Below are positions 18,974 through 26,628 of a stretch of 26,628 bases of DNA, in pieces. Each line of letters opens with the position of its first letter. Position 1 is the first letter of the stretch. Source of the DNA: Candidatus Methylomirabilota bacterium. GTDB taxonomy: Bacteria > Methylomirabilota > Methylomirabilia > Rokubacteriales > CSP1-6. The stretch is taken from NCBI GenBank assembly GCA_046726415.1, contig JBKPAK010000111.1, positions 1 to 26,628 on the forward strand, read 5' to 3'. Below the pieces are notes generated by a model, which saw only the letters and a list, made by a program, of their open reading frames with translations, was not told the DNA's origin and searched no databases. The translations under genes were made by a program, and so were the position numbers.

Positions 18974-19989
18974 AGCAGACTCCGCGCCCGCCTCCGGAGC
19001 AGATAGACGAAGAACGGCGCTCCGCAAAAGGCGGTGATCACGCCCACCGACAGCTCGGCCGGCGCGACGATGTTGCGCGCCACAGTATCGGCCACGAGCA
19101 GAAAGGTTCCGCCGCCGAGGAGTGCCGTCGGGACGAGGAGGCGGTTGTCCTGACCCAGCCATCCCCGCAGAAGATGGGGCACGATCAGGCCGACGAACCC
19201 AATCGGGCCGGCGAACGCGACGACCGTCGCGGTGAGGAGGGCCGCGCCGATGAAGATGCGTCGCTTGAGCCGCTCGGCATCCACGCCCATCTGACGTGCC
19301 GTCTCTTCACCCAGCGCGAAGAGGTTGAGGGCGCGCGCTTGTCCGAGGACGAGCCAAAAGCCCGCCGCCACCAGCAGGGCGAACAGGAGCAGCGGCCCCG
19401 GAGGGACCGGCGCGAGGTTGCCGAAGAGCCAGTGGATGATGCCGCCCAGCCGGTTCAAGTCGACGATCGAGATGAGCACGGTGATGGCGGACGAGAAGAA
19501 AATGCCCACGATGACACCCGCGAGCAGCAGTGTCTGGATGGATAGGGCGCTGCCCGCCGAAGCAATCGCGAACACCGCGCCCGCAGCGAGCAGGGCTCCC
19601 GCGAAGGCGAACGCGGCGAGCCCAAGCGCCGCTAAGATCGTCGGTCCCAGCCCGATGATCTGGCCCGTCACCACACCAAAGGCCGCCCCTCCCGAGACTC
19701 CCAGGATGGCCGGCTCGGCGAGCGGGTTGCGCGTCAAGGCCTGAAAGCCCACGCCGGCTACCGCCAGGGAGCCGCCCGCGAGCACGGCAGCGATGACGCG
19801 CGGCAAGCGGAGGCTGAGCGCCACCACGCTCTCGATGGAACCCGTCTCCGCTCGTCCGGTCAGCGCGAGGAGGATCGCTCCCGCCGACAGCTCGGCACTC
19901 CCGAGCAGAAGGGCGACCGCCGCCACGAGGAGAAGGATCGCCGCCAGCCCCGTCAGCGCGACGGCAAGTCTGCGCGCGGTCGCGATCAC
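18970..19989 (-). CDS. btuC: FecCD-family ABC permease (BtuC-like)
   Basis: LRLPR, RNPLAEP.ILGVSGGA, LGEETARQMGV, GPIGFVGLIVPH and GAPFF. Confidence 0.92.
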   Translation of the reverse strand: MIATARRLAVALTGLAAILLLVAAVALLLGSAELSAGAILLALTGRAETGSIESVVALSLRLPRVIAAVLAGGSLAVAGVGFQALTRNPLAEPAILGVSGGAAFGVVTGQIIGLGPTILAALGLAAFAFAGALLAAGAVFAIASAGSALSIQTLLLAGVIVGIFFSSAITVLISIVDLNRLGGIIHWLFGNLAPVPPGPLLLFALLVAAGFWLVLGQARALNLFALGEETARQMGVDAERLKRRIFIGAALLTATVVAFAGPIGFVGLIVPHLLRGWLGQDNRLLVPTALLGGGTFLLVADTVARNIVAPAELSVGVITAFCGAPFFVYLLRRRARSLL

Positions 19990-20888
19990 TAGCGAAAGGC
20001 CCCGGGATGGATCGCCCGCGCCAGTTGGTACAGTCCGTCTACCATGCGCGGCCCGTAGCGATGCAGGAGACTGCCGTCTACCGAGTAGAGGCGGCCGCCC
20101 TGGATGGCGGGGAGACTGGCCAGGCGATCCCACTTCTCGCGGGCCAGCGGGCCAGTCCCCCCACCGTGGCTGGCGAGCAAGATCACCTCGGGCGAGGCCG
20201 CTACTGCGGCTTCGAGACTGTAGCGCGGGTAGGCGTCGCCATTGACGGCGGTGACGCTTCGCCCTCCCGCGATTTCGATCAGCTCCGTGATGAGCGCATG
20301 GCGCCCCGGGACGACGAGCGGCTCAGGCCAGAGGACGTAGAGGACGCGCGGAGGGCGGTAAGGCTCAACCAGCTTCCGAACCCGCGCCAGCTCGGCGTTC
20401 ATGCGCGTCACCAGCGGTGCCACGGCCTCGGTGCGCCCGGTCAGCTCCCCCACGCGCGCCACGAGGTCCATCACCTCGGACACGCGGTCGACGGTGACGA
20501 CGTACGTTGGCAACCCGAGACGCCGAAGCTGGGCAAACGTCTCCTCGCGATTGCCCGCGGTAGTGGCGATCACCAGATCGGCCTTGAGGGCAACGATCGT
20601 CTCCAGACTGGGCGACAGCATCCCCCCCACGCTCGGCTTCTGGCTCGCCGCCGGCGGGTAGTCGCAGAAGTCGGTCCGGCCCACCAGGCGCGCCTCACCA
20701 CCGAGGGCGTAGATCAGTTCCGTGACGCTGGGCACCAGCGATACGATGCGGCTCGGCGGCGCGGCCATGGTGATCTCGCGTGCGGCCATGTCCCGGTACG
20801 TGACGGCATCGGCCGGCGACGCGGCGAGCAGCGCGAGTGTCTTCGCCAGCAGAGCCACGAGACCGACCAGCCGCCCCCGGCCGCTCAT
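19989..20888 (-). CDS. btuF: Periplasmic cobalamin-binding protein (BtuF-like)
   Basis: Signal peptide, RIVSLVPSVTE, CDYP, SLETIVALKADLV and RYGPR. ATGA overlap with cbiA. Confidence 0.9.
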   Translation of the reverse strand: MSGRGRLVGLVALLAKTLALLAASPADAVTYRDMAAREITMAAPPSRIVSLVPSVTELIYALGGEARLVGRTDFCDYPPAASQKPSVGGMLSPSLETIVALKADLVIATTAGNREETFAQLRRLGLPTYVVTVDRVSEVMDLVARVGELTGRTEAVAPLVTRMNAELARVRKLVEPYRPPRVLYVLWPEPLVVPGRHALITELIEIAGGRSVTAVNGDAYPRYSLEAAVAASPEVILLASHGGGTGPLAREKWDRLASLPAIQGGRLYSVDGSLLHRYGPRMVDGLYQLARAIHPGAFR

Positions 20889-22249
20889 TCGGTGCACGCG
20901 GCTACGAGGGCGGGAGCCAAATCGGGATTCGAGGCAAAGTGCAGATGAACGTAGCTCATCAGCGCGGAGCCCACGCGATAGCCTTCCGCGCACTCGCCTC
21001 CCCCGGACGTCCCCACCCGGTACACGCGTTCCACGGAGTCAGGCACGGGATCGAGCGCGGAAAAGTGGAACTGGTGGCCGCGCGCCCGCGTCCCTTTCGG
21101 CCCGAGAAGGCCATCCTGCGTCGTCTCGATCGCGGAGTAGGCCAGCATCATGCGGCGCGGGCGCATGCGGACGGCCGTGGGAAGGAGCCCGACCATCGGA
21201 TGGCGTTCGCCGTCGGCGTCTTCCAGAATGTCGGCGAGATACATCAGACCGCCGCACTCCGCGTAGATGGGCCGGCCGGCGTCGGCGAAGCGTCGGATGC
21301 TGGCGCGCAACGAGGCGTTGTCGGCCAAGCGCCGCGCGTGCAGCTCTGGATACCCGCCCCCGAGGTAGAGCCCGTCGACATCCGGGACCTCGGCAGCCTC
21401 GAGTGGGCTCCAGAACACGAGCCGGGCGCCGGCGCTGCGCAGCCGATAGAGGTTCTCCGCGTAGTAGAACTGGAACGCGGCGTCGCGCGCCACGCCGATG
21501 CGCGCGCATGGCCAGGAGACGGCTGGCGGGGGGTCGGGGGTCGACGGGATGGTGGGCCTCGCCGCGCGGGCCAGCGCGAGCAGGCCGTCCAGATTGACGG
21601 ATCGCTCCATGATCGCCGCGAGCAGGCCGCGCTTCTCCTGGGACCACGTTCCTTCCATGGCCGTGACCAGCCCGAGGTGACGCTCAGGGATCGGCAGCGC
21701 CCGGTCGAAGGGAATCGCCCCCAGGGGGCGAGCCCCGGTCGCGGCCGCGATGACCTCGCCCACCCAGCGACCGTGCGTCTCACCGCCGACCCGATTGCTG
21801 ATGACGCCACCGAAGCGCAGCGTCGGATCGAAGTGCTGGAACCCGAGAACGACGGCCGCCGCGCTGCGCGACTGCCCGCTCGCATCGAGAACAAGAACCA
21901 CGGGGGCCTCCAGCCATTTGGCGATCTCTGCCGTCGACCCCTCATCGCTCGCTGCATCCACTCCGTCGAAGCAGCCCATCATGCCCTCGACGATGGCGAG
22001 ATCGGCATCACGCGCATGGCGCGCCACCGTGTCCATGACCGCCGCGCGCCCGCACATCCAGCCGTCGAGGTTGTAGGAGGCTCGCCCCGTCACCAGCTCA
22101 TGAAAACTGGGATCGATGAAGTCGGGGCCGACCTTGAAGGCTTGCACGGCGAGCCCGCGGCGGCGATACGCCTCGAGGAGTCCCAGCGTGACCGTCGTCT
22201 TGCCGACGCCGCTCGCGACCCCGGCCACGACGACCATCGGAACGCTCAC
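20885..22249 (-). CDS. cbiA: Cobyrinate a,c-diamide synthase CbiA/CobB
   Basis: SGVGKTT, FKVGPDFIDP, EGMMG, ERHLGL, GGGYPE, AECGG and YVHLHF. GTG start with GAGGGA RBS; an alternative ATG lies at 22303. Confidence 0.93.
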   Translation of the reverse strand: MSVPMVVVAGVASGVGKTTVTLGLLEAYRRRGLAVQAFKVGPDFIDPSFHELVTGRASYNLDGWMCGRAAVMDTVARHARDADLAIVEGMMGCFDGVDAASDEGSTAEIAKWLEAPVVLVLDASGQSRSAAAVVLGFQHFDPTLRFGGVISNRVGGETHGRWVGEVIAAATGARPLGAIPFDRALPIPERHLGLVTAMEGTWSQEKRGLLAAIMERSVNLDGLLALARAARPTIPSTPDPPPAVSWPCARIGVARDAAFQFYYAENLYRLRSAGARLVFWSPLEAAEVPDVDGLYLGGGYPELHARRLADNASLRASIRRFADAGRPIYAECGGLMYLADILEDADGERHPMVGLLPTAVRMRPRRMMLAYSAIETTQDGLLGPKGTRARGHQFHFSALDPVPDSVERVYRVGTSGGGECAEGYRVGSALMSYVHLHFASNPDLAPALVAACTE

Positions 22250-22289
22250 GCTGTCCCTCACCACGGCCCACCCACGGCGACCGCCTTGC

Positions 22290-23351
22290 TCATCGCGGTC
22301 CATCGACGCCGGCGGACTTGAACGTCGCCATCTCCGTGTAGATGCGGGCGGCGGCCCGCGCCAGATGGACGAACAGCGCGGCCCCCGTGCCCTCGCCGAG
22401 CCTCAGCGAGAGATCGAGGTAAGGCGTGAGCCCGAGATGAGCGAGGGCGTGCGCGTGTCCCGGCTCGGCCGAGCGATGGGAGGCGAACAGCGTTCCGCGC
22501 GCAGGGGGTGCCAGGGTGATGGCGATCAGCGCGGCGGCGGTGGCGATAAAGCCGTCGACGATGACGGGAATCCGATGAGCCGCGCCGGCGAGAATGACAC
22601 CGGCGAGCCCGCCGATCTCGAAGCCTCCCACTTTAGCGAGAACGTCGAGGGCATCGGTCCGATCGGGGCGATTGACCTCGAGCGCGCGCCGTACGACTCC
22701 AACCTTGCGCCCCCACGCGGCCTCGTCGATTCCGGTGCCGCGCCCGGTGACGGCGTCGGCCGGCCGCTCGGTGATCGCGGCGGTAATGGCGCTGGCCGAA
22801 GTGGTATTGCCGATACCCATCTCCCCGATCCCCAACAGGTCGGCGCCGCCGGCGACCGCCTCTTCCGCAAGCCGCACGCCCGCCTCCAACGCCCCGAGCG
22901 CTTGCTCGCGGGTCATGGCGGGCCCGACGGCCATGTTGGCTGTGCCAGGACCCAGGCGGCAGTCGACGAGGGCCTCGGAGCGCGGCACGGGATGGGCGAT
23001 GCCGAAATCGGCCACCACCACGCGGGCGCCCGCATCCCGAGCTAGCACGTTGACCGCGGCGCCGCCGCGCAGAAGGTTCTCGACCATCTGCGCCGTCACC
23101 ACTTGCGGATAGGCGCTGACGCCCTCGGCCACCACCCCATGGTCGCCGGCGAACGTGAAGATAAGGGGGTGCTCCACGCGCGGAACGCCGCCGCGCACCA
23201 TGGCCAACCGCACGGCGATCTCCTCGAGACGACCCAGGCTACCCGGCGGCTTCGTCAGGCGGTCGAGGTGCTGCTGGATCGCCGCCCCCGCCGACTCATC
23301 CGGCGGGACGATGCCGCTAACCAGTCTGGACAGTCGGGATGGGAGATCCAT
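22290..23351 (-). CDS. cobT: Nicotinate-nucleotide--dimethylbenzimidazole phosphoribosyltransferase
   Basis: LTKPPGSLGRLE, DHGV, GEMGIGNTT, VDGFI, SHRSAEPGH, LRLGEGTGA and MATF. Confidence 0.95.
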   Translation of the reverse strand: MDLPSRLSRLVSGIVPPDESAGAAIQQHLDRLTKPPGSLGRLEEIAVRLAMVRGGVPRVEHPLIFTFAGDHGVVAEGVSAYPQVVTAQMVENLLRGGAAVNVLARDAGARVVVADFGIAHPVPRSEALVDCRLGPGTANMAVGPAMTREQALGALEAGVRLAEEAVAGGADLLGIGEMGIGNTTSASAITAAITERPADAVTGRGTGIDEAAWGRKVGVVRRALEVNRPDRTDALDVLAKVGGFEIGGLAGVILAGAAHRIPVIVDGFIATAAALIAITLAPPARGTLFASHRSAEPGHAHALAHLGLTPYLDLSLRLGEGTGAALFVHLARAAARIYTEMATFKSAGVDGPR

Positions 23352-23868
23352 GAGCTCGCGCTTTGACCTCGAGGGGAAGCCCGGCGACCATCAGCACCAC
23401 ACGGTCCGCCACCGCCGCCACGCGCTGGTTGATCATGCCAAGGAGATCGCGAAAGCGGAGACCGTCGGTGGTTTCCGGGTGCACGCCCTCGCCAACTTCG
23501 TTGGAGACTATGGTAATCGCGAACGGACGGCGCTCGATGAGAGCGGCGAGCGCGTCGGCTTCGGCGAGGATCGCGTCGTCGCCATCACCGCGAAGCATCC
23601 GGTTGGCCGCCCACACGGTAAGGCAATCGACGATGACGGCCTCGCCGCTGAGGCGTTGCAGCCGCCCGACCAGATCGAACGCCTCCTCCACCGTATCCCA
23701 GGCTTTCGGGCGTTCGGCCCGGTGTCGCGCGATGCGAGCGGCCATGTCACCGTCGCGCGCCTGCGCGGTCGCCACAAATGTGACGCGAGTGTGAGTTGGC
23801 TGGCTAGCGACGGCGTAGCGGCTCTTCCCGCTGCGCGCGCCCCCGAGGATGAGGAGCGACGAAATCAT
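23317..23868 (-). CDS. cobU: Bifunctional adenosylcobinamide kinase/adenosylcobinamide-phosphate guanylyltransferase
   Basis: LILGGARSGKS, RIARHR..RP..W.TVE, DCLT, VSNEVG, FRD.LG..NQ and VAGLP. Confidence 0.95.
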   Translation of the reverse strand: MISSLLILGGARSGKSRYAVASQPTHTRVTFVATAQARDGDMAARIARHRAERPKAWDTVEEAFDLVGRLQRLSGEAVIVDCLTVWAANRMLRGDGDDAILAEADALAALIERRPFAITIVSNEVGEGVHPETTDGLRFRDLLGMINQRVAAVADRVVLMVAGLPLEVKARAHGSPIPTVQTG

Positions 23869-23874
23869 GACCGA

Positions 23875-24072
23875 CCGGGCCCTCCCGCGAAGACCGGTGT
23901 GGAACACAGCGCCCGGGCAGGTCTCCTGGCTCTCGGATCAGCCTACTCCCCGCGCCTTCCCGGCCTTGCGACCAGTGGCCTCCGCGGGTTTCGTCCCCGA
24001 TTACAGTGACGGGGTCGCAGCGGCTTCTCACCGCCTTCCCTGGGCCCTCGGGGCATCCCGAACACCAACGAC
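23875..24072 (-). ncRNA. Cobalamin riboswitch leading the cob operon, including expression platform
   Basis: Minus strand reads GGT-P2-AGGGAA-GGCGGTGAGAAGCCGCT-GCGACCCCGTCACTGT...GCCACTG..GGGAAGG...GAGCCAGGAGACCTGCC. A downstream hairpin carries CGCGGGAGG (L5 complement plus SD). Confidence 0.95.
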
Positions 24073-24078
24073 TTGGGC

Positions 24079-24107
24079 ACGTTAGCAGAATCCTCTCGGA
24101 CCCGCAA
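24079..24107 (-). promoter_or_regulatory. sigma70 promoter of the cob operon
   Basis: TTGCGG (24107-24102), 17 nt, TAACGT (24084-24079) with extended TG, ending about 7 nt before the riboswitch 5' end. Confidence 0.7.
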
Positions 24108-24275
24108 TGCGAGCGCCAGTTGGGAACTCCGCCACCGATTCCCCGGTAGGGCTCGGCTACCTCCGCGAGAGTAGGAAGCGAGGAGGATCCGGGATGCCAC
24201 GCCTGCTCAGCTCGAACGGTAAGTCACAGCATTGCGGAGGCGACGGTCGGGTACGGGTGGGGACGACGTGATCAA

Positions 24276-24405
24276 ATGATGGACCGGCGTGCCTTCCTCG
24301 GGCACCCTCGCCCTCGAGACCCTTGCGGTGCCGCGCGTCCCCCCGGCCCAAACGGCGGGCAAGGTCTCTCGGATCGGCATCCTCGGTCTTGGGTGACCTC
24401 CGACC
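24276..24405 (+). pseudogene. N-terminal relic of a COG2984-like ABC substrate-binding protein
   Basis: MMDRRAFL / frameshift / GTLALETLAVPRVPPAQTAGKVSRIGILGLG / frameshift / VTSD, then cut by the IS end. Twin-Arg-type leader followed by ..K..RIG.L. Confidence 0.7.
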
Positions 24406-24584
24406 TAGTGGACCGTAACGGCCGAAGTGGTAGTGATTCGACGGGCGGGGTCGGAGTACTTCCACTTCACCGGTTTGAGGGTCTGGTTGTAGGGGCGGCT
24501 GTAGCGCATGAGCTTGCGCGCCACGTCCTTGACGGAGGTGAAAATGCCGCGGGCGATGGCATCCCGCTCGATCTTGGTAAACCA
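24405..24584 (-). mobile_element. IS630-family transposase 3' remnant with element right end
   Basis: Frame absent from the ORF track reads WFTKIERDAIARGIFTSVKDVARKLMRYSRPYNQTLKPVKWKYSDPARRITTTSAVTVH*. It ends in ...CACTAG, where the stop codon coincides with the TA target typical of IS630. Confidence 0.85.
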
Positions 24585-24597
24585 CGTATGGAGACGA

Positions 24598-24700
24598 TTT
24601 CGTCACCGAACCTTGTGGCACCGCCCCCCTGGGTTCCTCGGGGCATCCCGGTTCAACGACGCGGGCACGGCAGCAGAATCCGCCAGGACTCGCAACGCGA
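24598..24700 (-). repeat. Degenerate direct-repeat copy of the cob promoter and 5' half of the riboswitch (matches 23989-24112)
   Basis: Shared collinear blocks TTTCGTCnCCGA, CACCGCC, CCCTGGG, CCTCGGGGCATCCCG, CAACGAC, GGGCACG, AGCAGAATCC, GGAC and CGCAA. Confidence 0.85.
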
Positions 24701-24811
24701 CAGCTCAGACTCCGCGCCCAGTTGCCGGTCCGGTACCCGCACGCTATAGTCGGCCAACCCGGAATGACAGGGAGCAGTCGCGATGACCTTCAAGAATCAC
24801 TGAGGCGAGCG

Positions 24812-24905
24812 TTCGAGCTGGTCGTCAAACCTCAAGCTGGCGAAGGCGCCGGGGCTGACTATCCCTCCGTCGGTGTTTGTGCGGGCGGACCAGGTCATCG
24901 AGTGA
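24812..24905 (+). pseudogene. C-terminal relic of a COG2984-like ABC substrate-binding protein
   Basis: FELVV / frameshift / NLKLAKAPGLTIPPSVFVRADQVIE*, matching the family terminus [30 protein letters not shown]. Confidence 0.8.
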
Positions 24906-24999
24906 GACAAGCCCCGGACCAGCGTCCTGGCCCCGAGAAGAAGAACGCGCTGGCCGACGAACTGGTCTGAGAGATCGTCACCGCCTACTGATGGGGGCG

Positions 25000-25480
25000 A
25001 GCCATCGGGCTCGCCATCGCTCTCGTTGGTTTCAGGTCCACGCCTCATCAGAACCTGACACCATTCACCTCTGTGCTCAACCATGACATAGGAAGTGAGC
25101 CGTTCGAACTGCTCCAACTCCGTGAGATCGAAGCCCATGCGCGCGAGGGTGGCGGAAGAGCCAGACCATTGAAGAGATCACCTGCCGAAGGCTTCCTCCT
25201 CTTGCAAAGCTGTGCAGGCGCTCGATTGGCGCACGGTGAGAGCCAAGATCAGGATGTTGGGCGACCAACTCGTCCAGGAGGCTGCGCAAGAACGCGTCCA
25301 ATTTTGGCGGTATAGGGACAGATACGACTGCCAACAGCGTTATCACGGCTAACTCGACGGCATCGTCGAGGACGACAATGCCCTGCATGCGAGCCAACTG
25401 AGATGAATCATTGGGAGAGCGATTCTCTCCATGAGCCGTTCCCTTGCCCAATACAATCGATGCCACACAGTCGAGGAAAT
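25000..25480 (-). pseudogene. Possible fragmented lower-GC hypothetical gene
   Basis: Protein-like segments MQGIVVLDDAVELAVITLL..IERLH and MGFDLTELEQFERLTSYVMV lie in different frames. Boundaries are approximate. Confidence 0.3.
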
Positions 25481-26000
25481 GGCTATTGCTAGAGCCTGCC
25501 ACTGTCAGGGCCGAGCGCCGCCGCGCGGAGCTGGGGCCTCTACGACAGGCGCATACCAATGCTCTCCCGCGAAGCCTTAGGCGTTTGGCACTCCAGGCGG
25601 TGAATGACTCCACGGTGAGGCTTTGAAGGGAGGAGCTGCGCCCCTCTGCCGCTACGTGGAGGGACGACTGCGCGGCCATGATACAGCTGGCCCTCGGTCA
25701 CAACTCCAACTGGGATGATTCGTTCCTGGACAGGTTGGCCCACCACTGCTCGTACTACTAGCACCTGCGCCGCTGACATTCCGAGATACACGTCGGTGAA
25801 GCAACCGGGCGCTCACGGCGGCCGTCTCGGCCCTGGCCAGCCTGATGACCCTGCCCAGTTTCTGGGCGTTGCACTGCCAATCTGCCGGCCGGGGCGGTTC
25901 TAGCACTGCCCAGAATGTGGCTAGTGCGGCGCGCGGAGGCATCGGCTACGATCGCGGGACCGGCGAGGCAGGTCGCCGAGATCCTGACGAGGAGGCCCTC

Positions 26001-26399
26001 ATGGCATCGATCCGCGTGGTCGTCCCGGCCGCCTGGCTGTTCTGATGCTAGCCGCCGCACCCCTCGCCGGTGCAATCGGGCCGGTTTGCTGGAATATGAT
26101 CGTGGCCGCGCGCGGCCCGGGATTTCCCAGCGTGATCCCATTCGCGCTGCTCTTTGACGTCACCCCGTTTAGCGGTGAACCGGCCCAGCCCGCAAGCGCC
26201 ACCGTCGTGGGTCAGGGCGACTTCGGCCGCCCCTGCACGCTGAACCTGTAGCGGAGCCGCGATGCAAGTGGGCCAGCAAGCTGTGCTGATGCTAACGGTA
26301 GCGCCAGGCACATAGCCTCTGTTTGTGAACATAGTCTTGACGCGGTCGACACTCATTGGGGCAGGACCTCTCACGGGCGGCTCCGGAGATGGCGTGTGA
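26001..26399 (+). pseudogene. Frameshifted small secreted-protein gene
   Basis: GAGGAGG RBS at 25989-25995 and ATG at 26001. Reads MASIRVVVPAAWL / fs / VLMLAAAPLAGA-IGPVCW... / fs / SGAAMQVGQQAVLMLTVAPGT*PLFVNIVLTRSTLIGAG. Confidence 0.45.
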
Positions 26400-26628
26400 G
26401 GGTGATAAACAAATGAGCAAGATACGTCGCGGTAGTGCTCTCTACTTCAACGCGCCAACTCGCAACTTCGCTCAGGGCAGTCAGTTGCAGATCGCCCTCA
26501 ACCACCAGCCATGTTCAACGTGAGCACCGGCATCTGCGAGTATCATCAGTCGCCAGTTGGCGACCCGACGGGCGTGTGGTTAGCGTCCTACTGTGTCATT
26601 GACCGCGGCTTCACCCATCTCTCTATAC

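Noticed and set aside
20837..24009. Plus-strand ORFs of 494, 309 and 284 aa
   Set aside because: Antisense to cbiA, cobT, cobU and the riboswitch; shadow frames.
25678..25761. 27-aa ORF MIQLALGHNSNWDDSFLDRLAHHCSYY, faintly like a U32-peptidase N-terminus
   Set aside because: Too short and without further support to call.

Overview
High-GC bacterial window. My inference is Methylomirabilota/Ca. Rokubacteria-like, from GC content and the style of the COG2984-like binding-protein relics; this is not verified. It has four parts. (1) 1-1249 (+): the 3' part of a divergent dihydroorotate dehydrogenase, a tandem cluster of DnaA-box-like sites, and a small basic ORF with its own sigma70-like promoter and RBS. 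(2) 1338-11578 (-): housekeeping run argS-SPOR-hpt-ftsH-folP-glmM-acpS-nnr-tsaE-radC. ArgRS lacks a canonical HIGH motif and FolP has atypical active-site loops. (3) 11668-24107 (-): an 11-gene cobamide uptake, salvage and remodelling cluster (cobU-cobT-cbiA-btuF-btuC-btuD-[riboswitch]-btuB-cbiZ-tonB-cobQ-cbiB) with a clear promoter and two cobalamin riboswitches, one internal and carrying structural variants. (4) 24190-26628: a decayed region holding a split ABC-binding-protein pseudogene, an IS630 3' remnant, a degenerate second copy of the cob promoter plus riboswitch 5' half, and further pseudogene fragments. I cannot support a wholly new multi-gene system here. The best leads are the DnaA-box cluster with its small ORF, the dual-riboswitch CbiZ/CobU salvage operon, the ghost riboswitch duplicate and the HIGH-less ArgRS.
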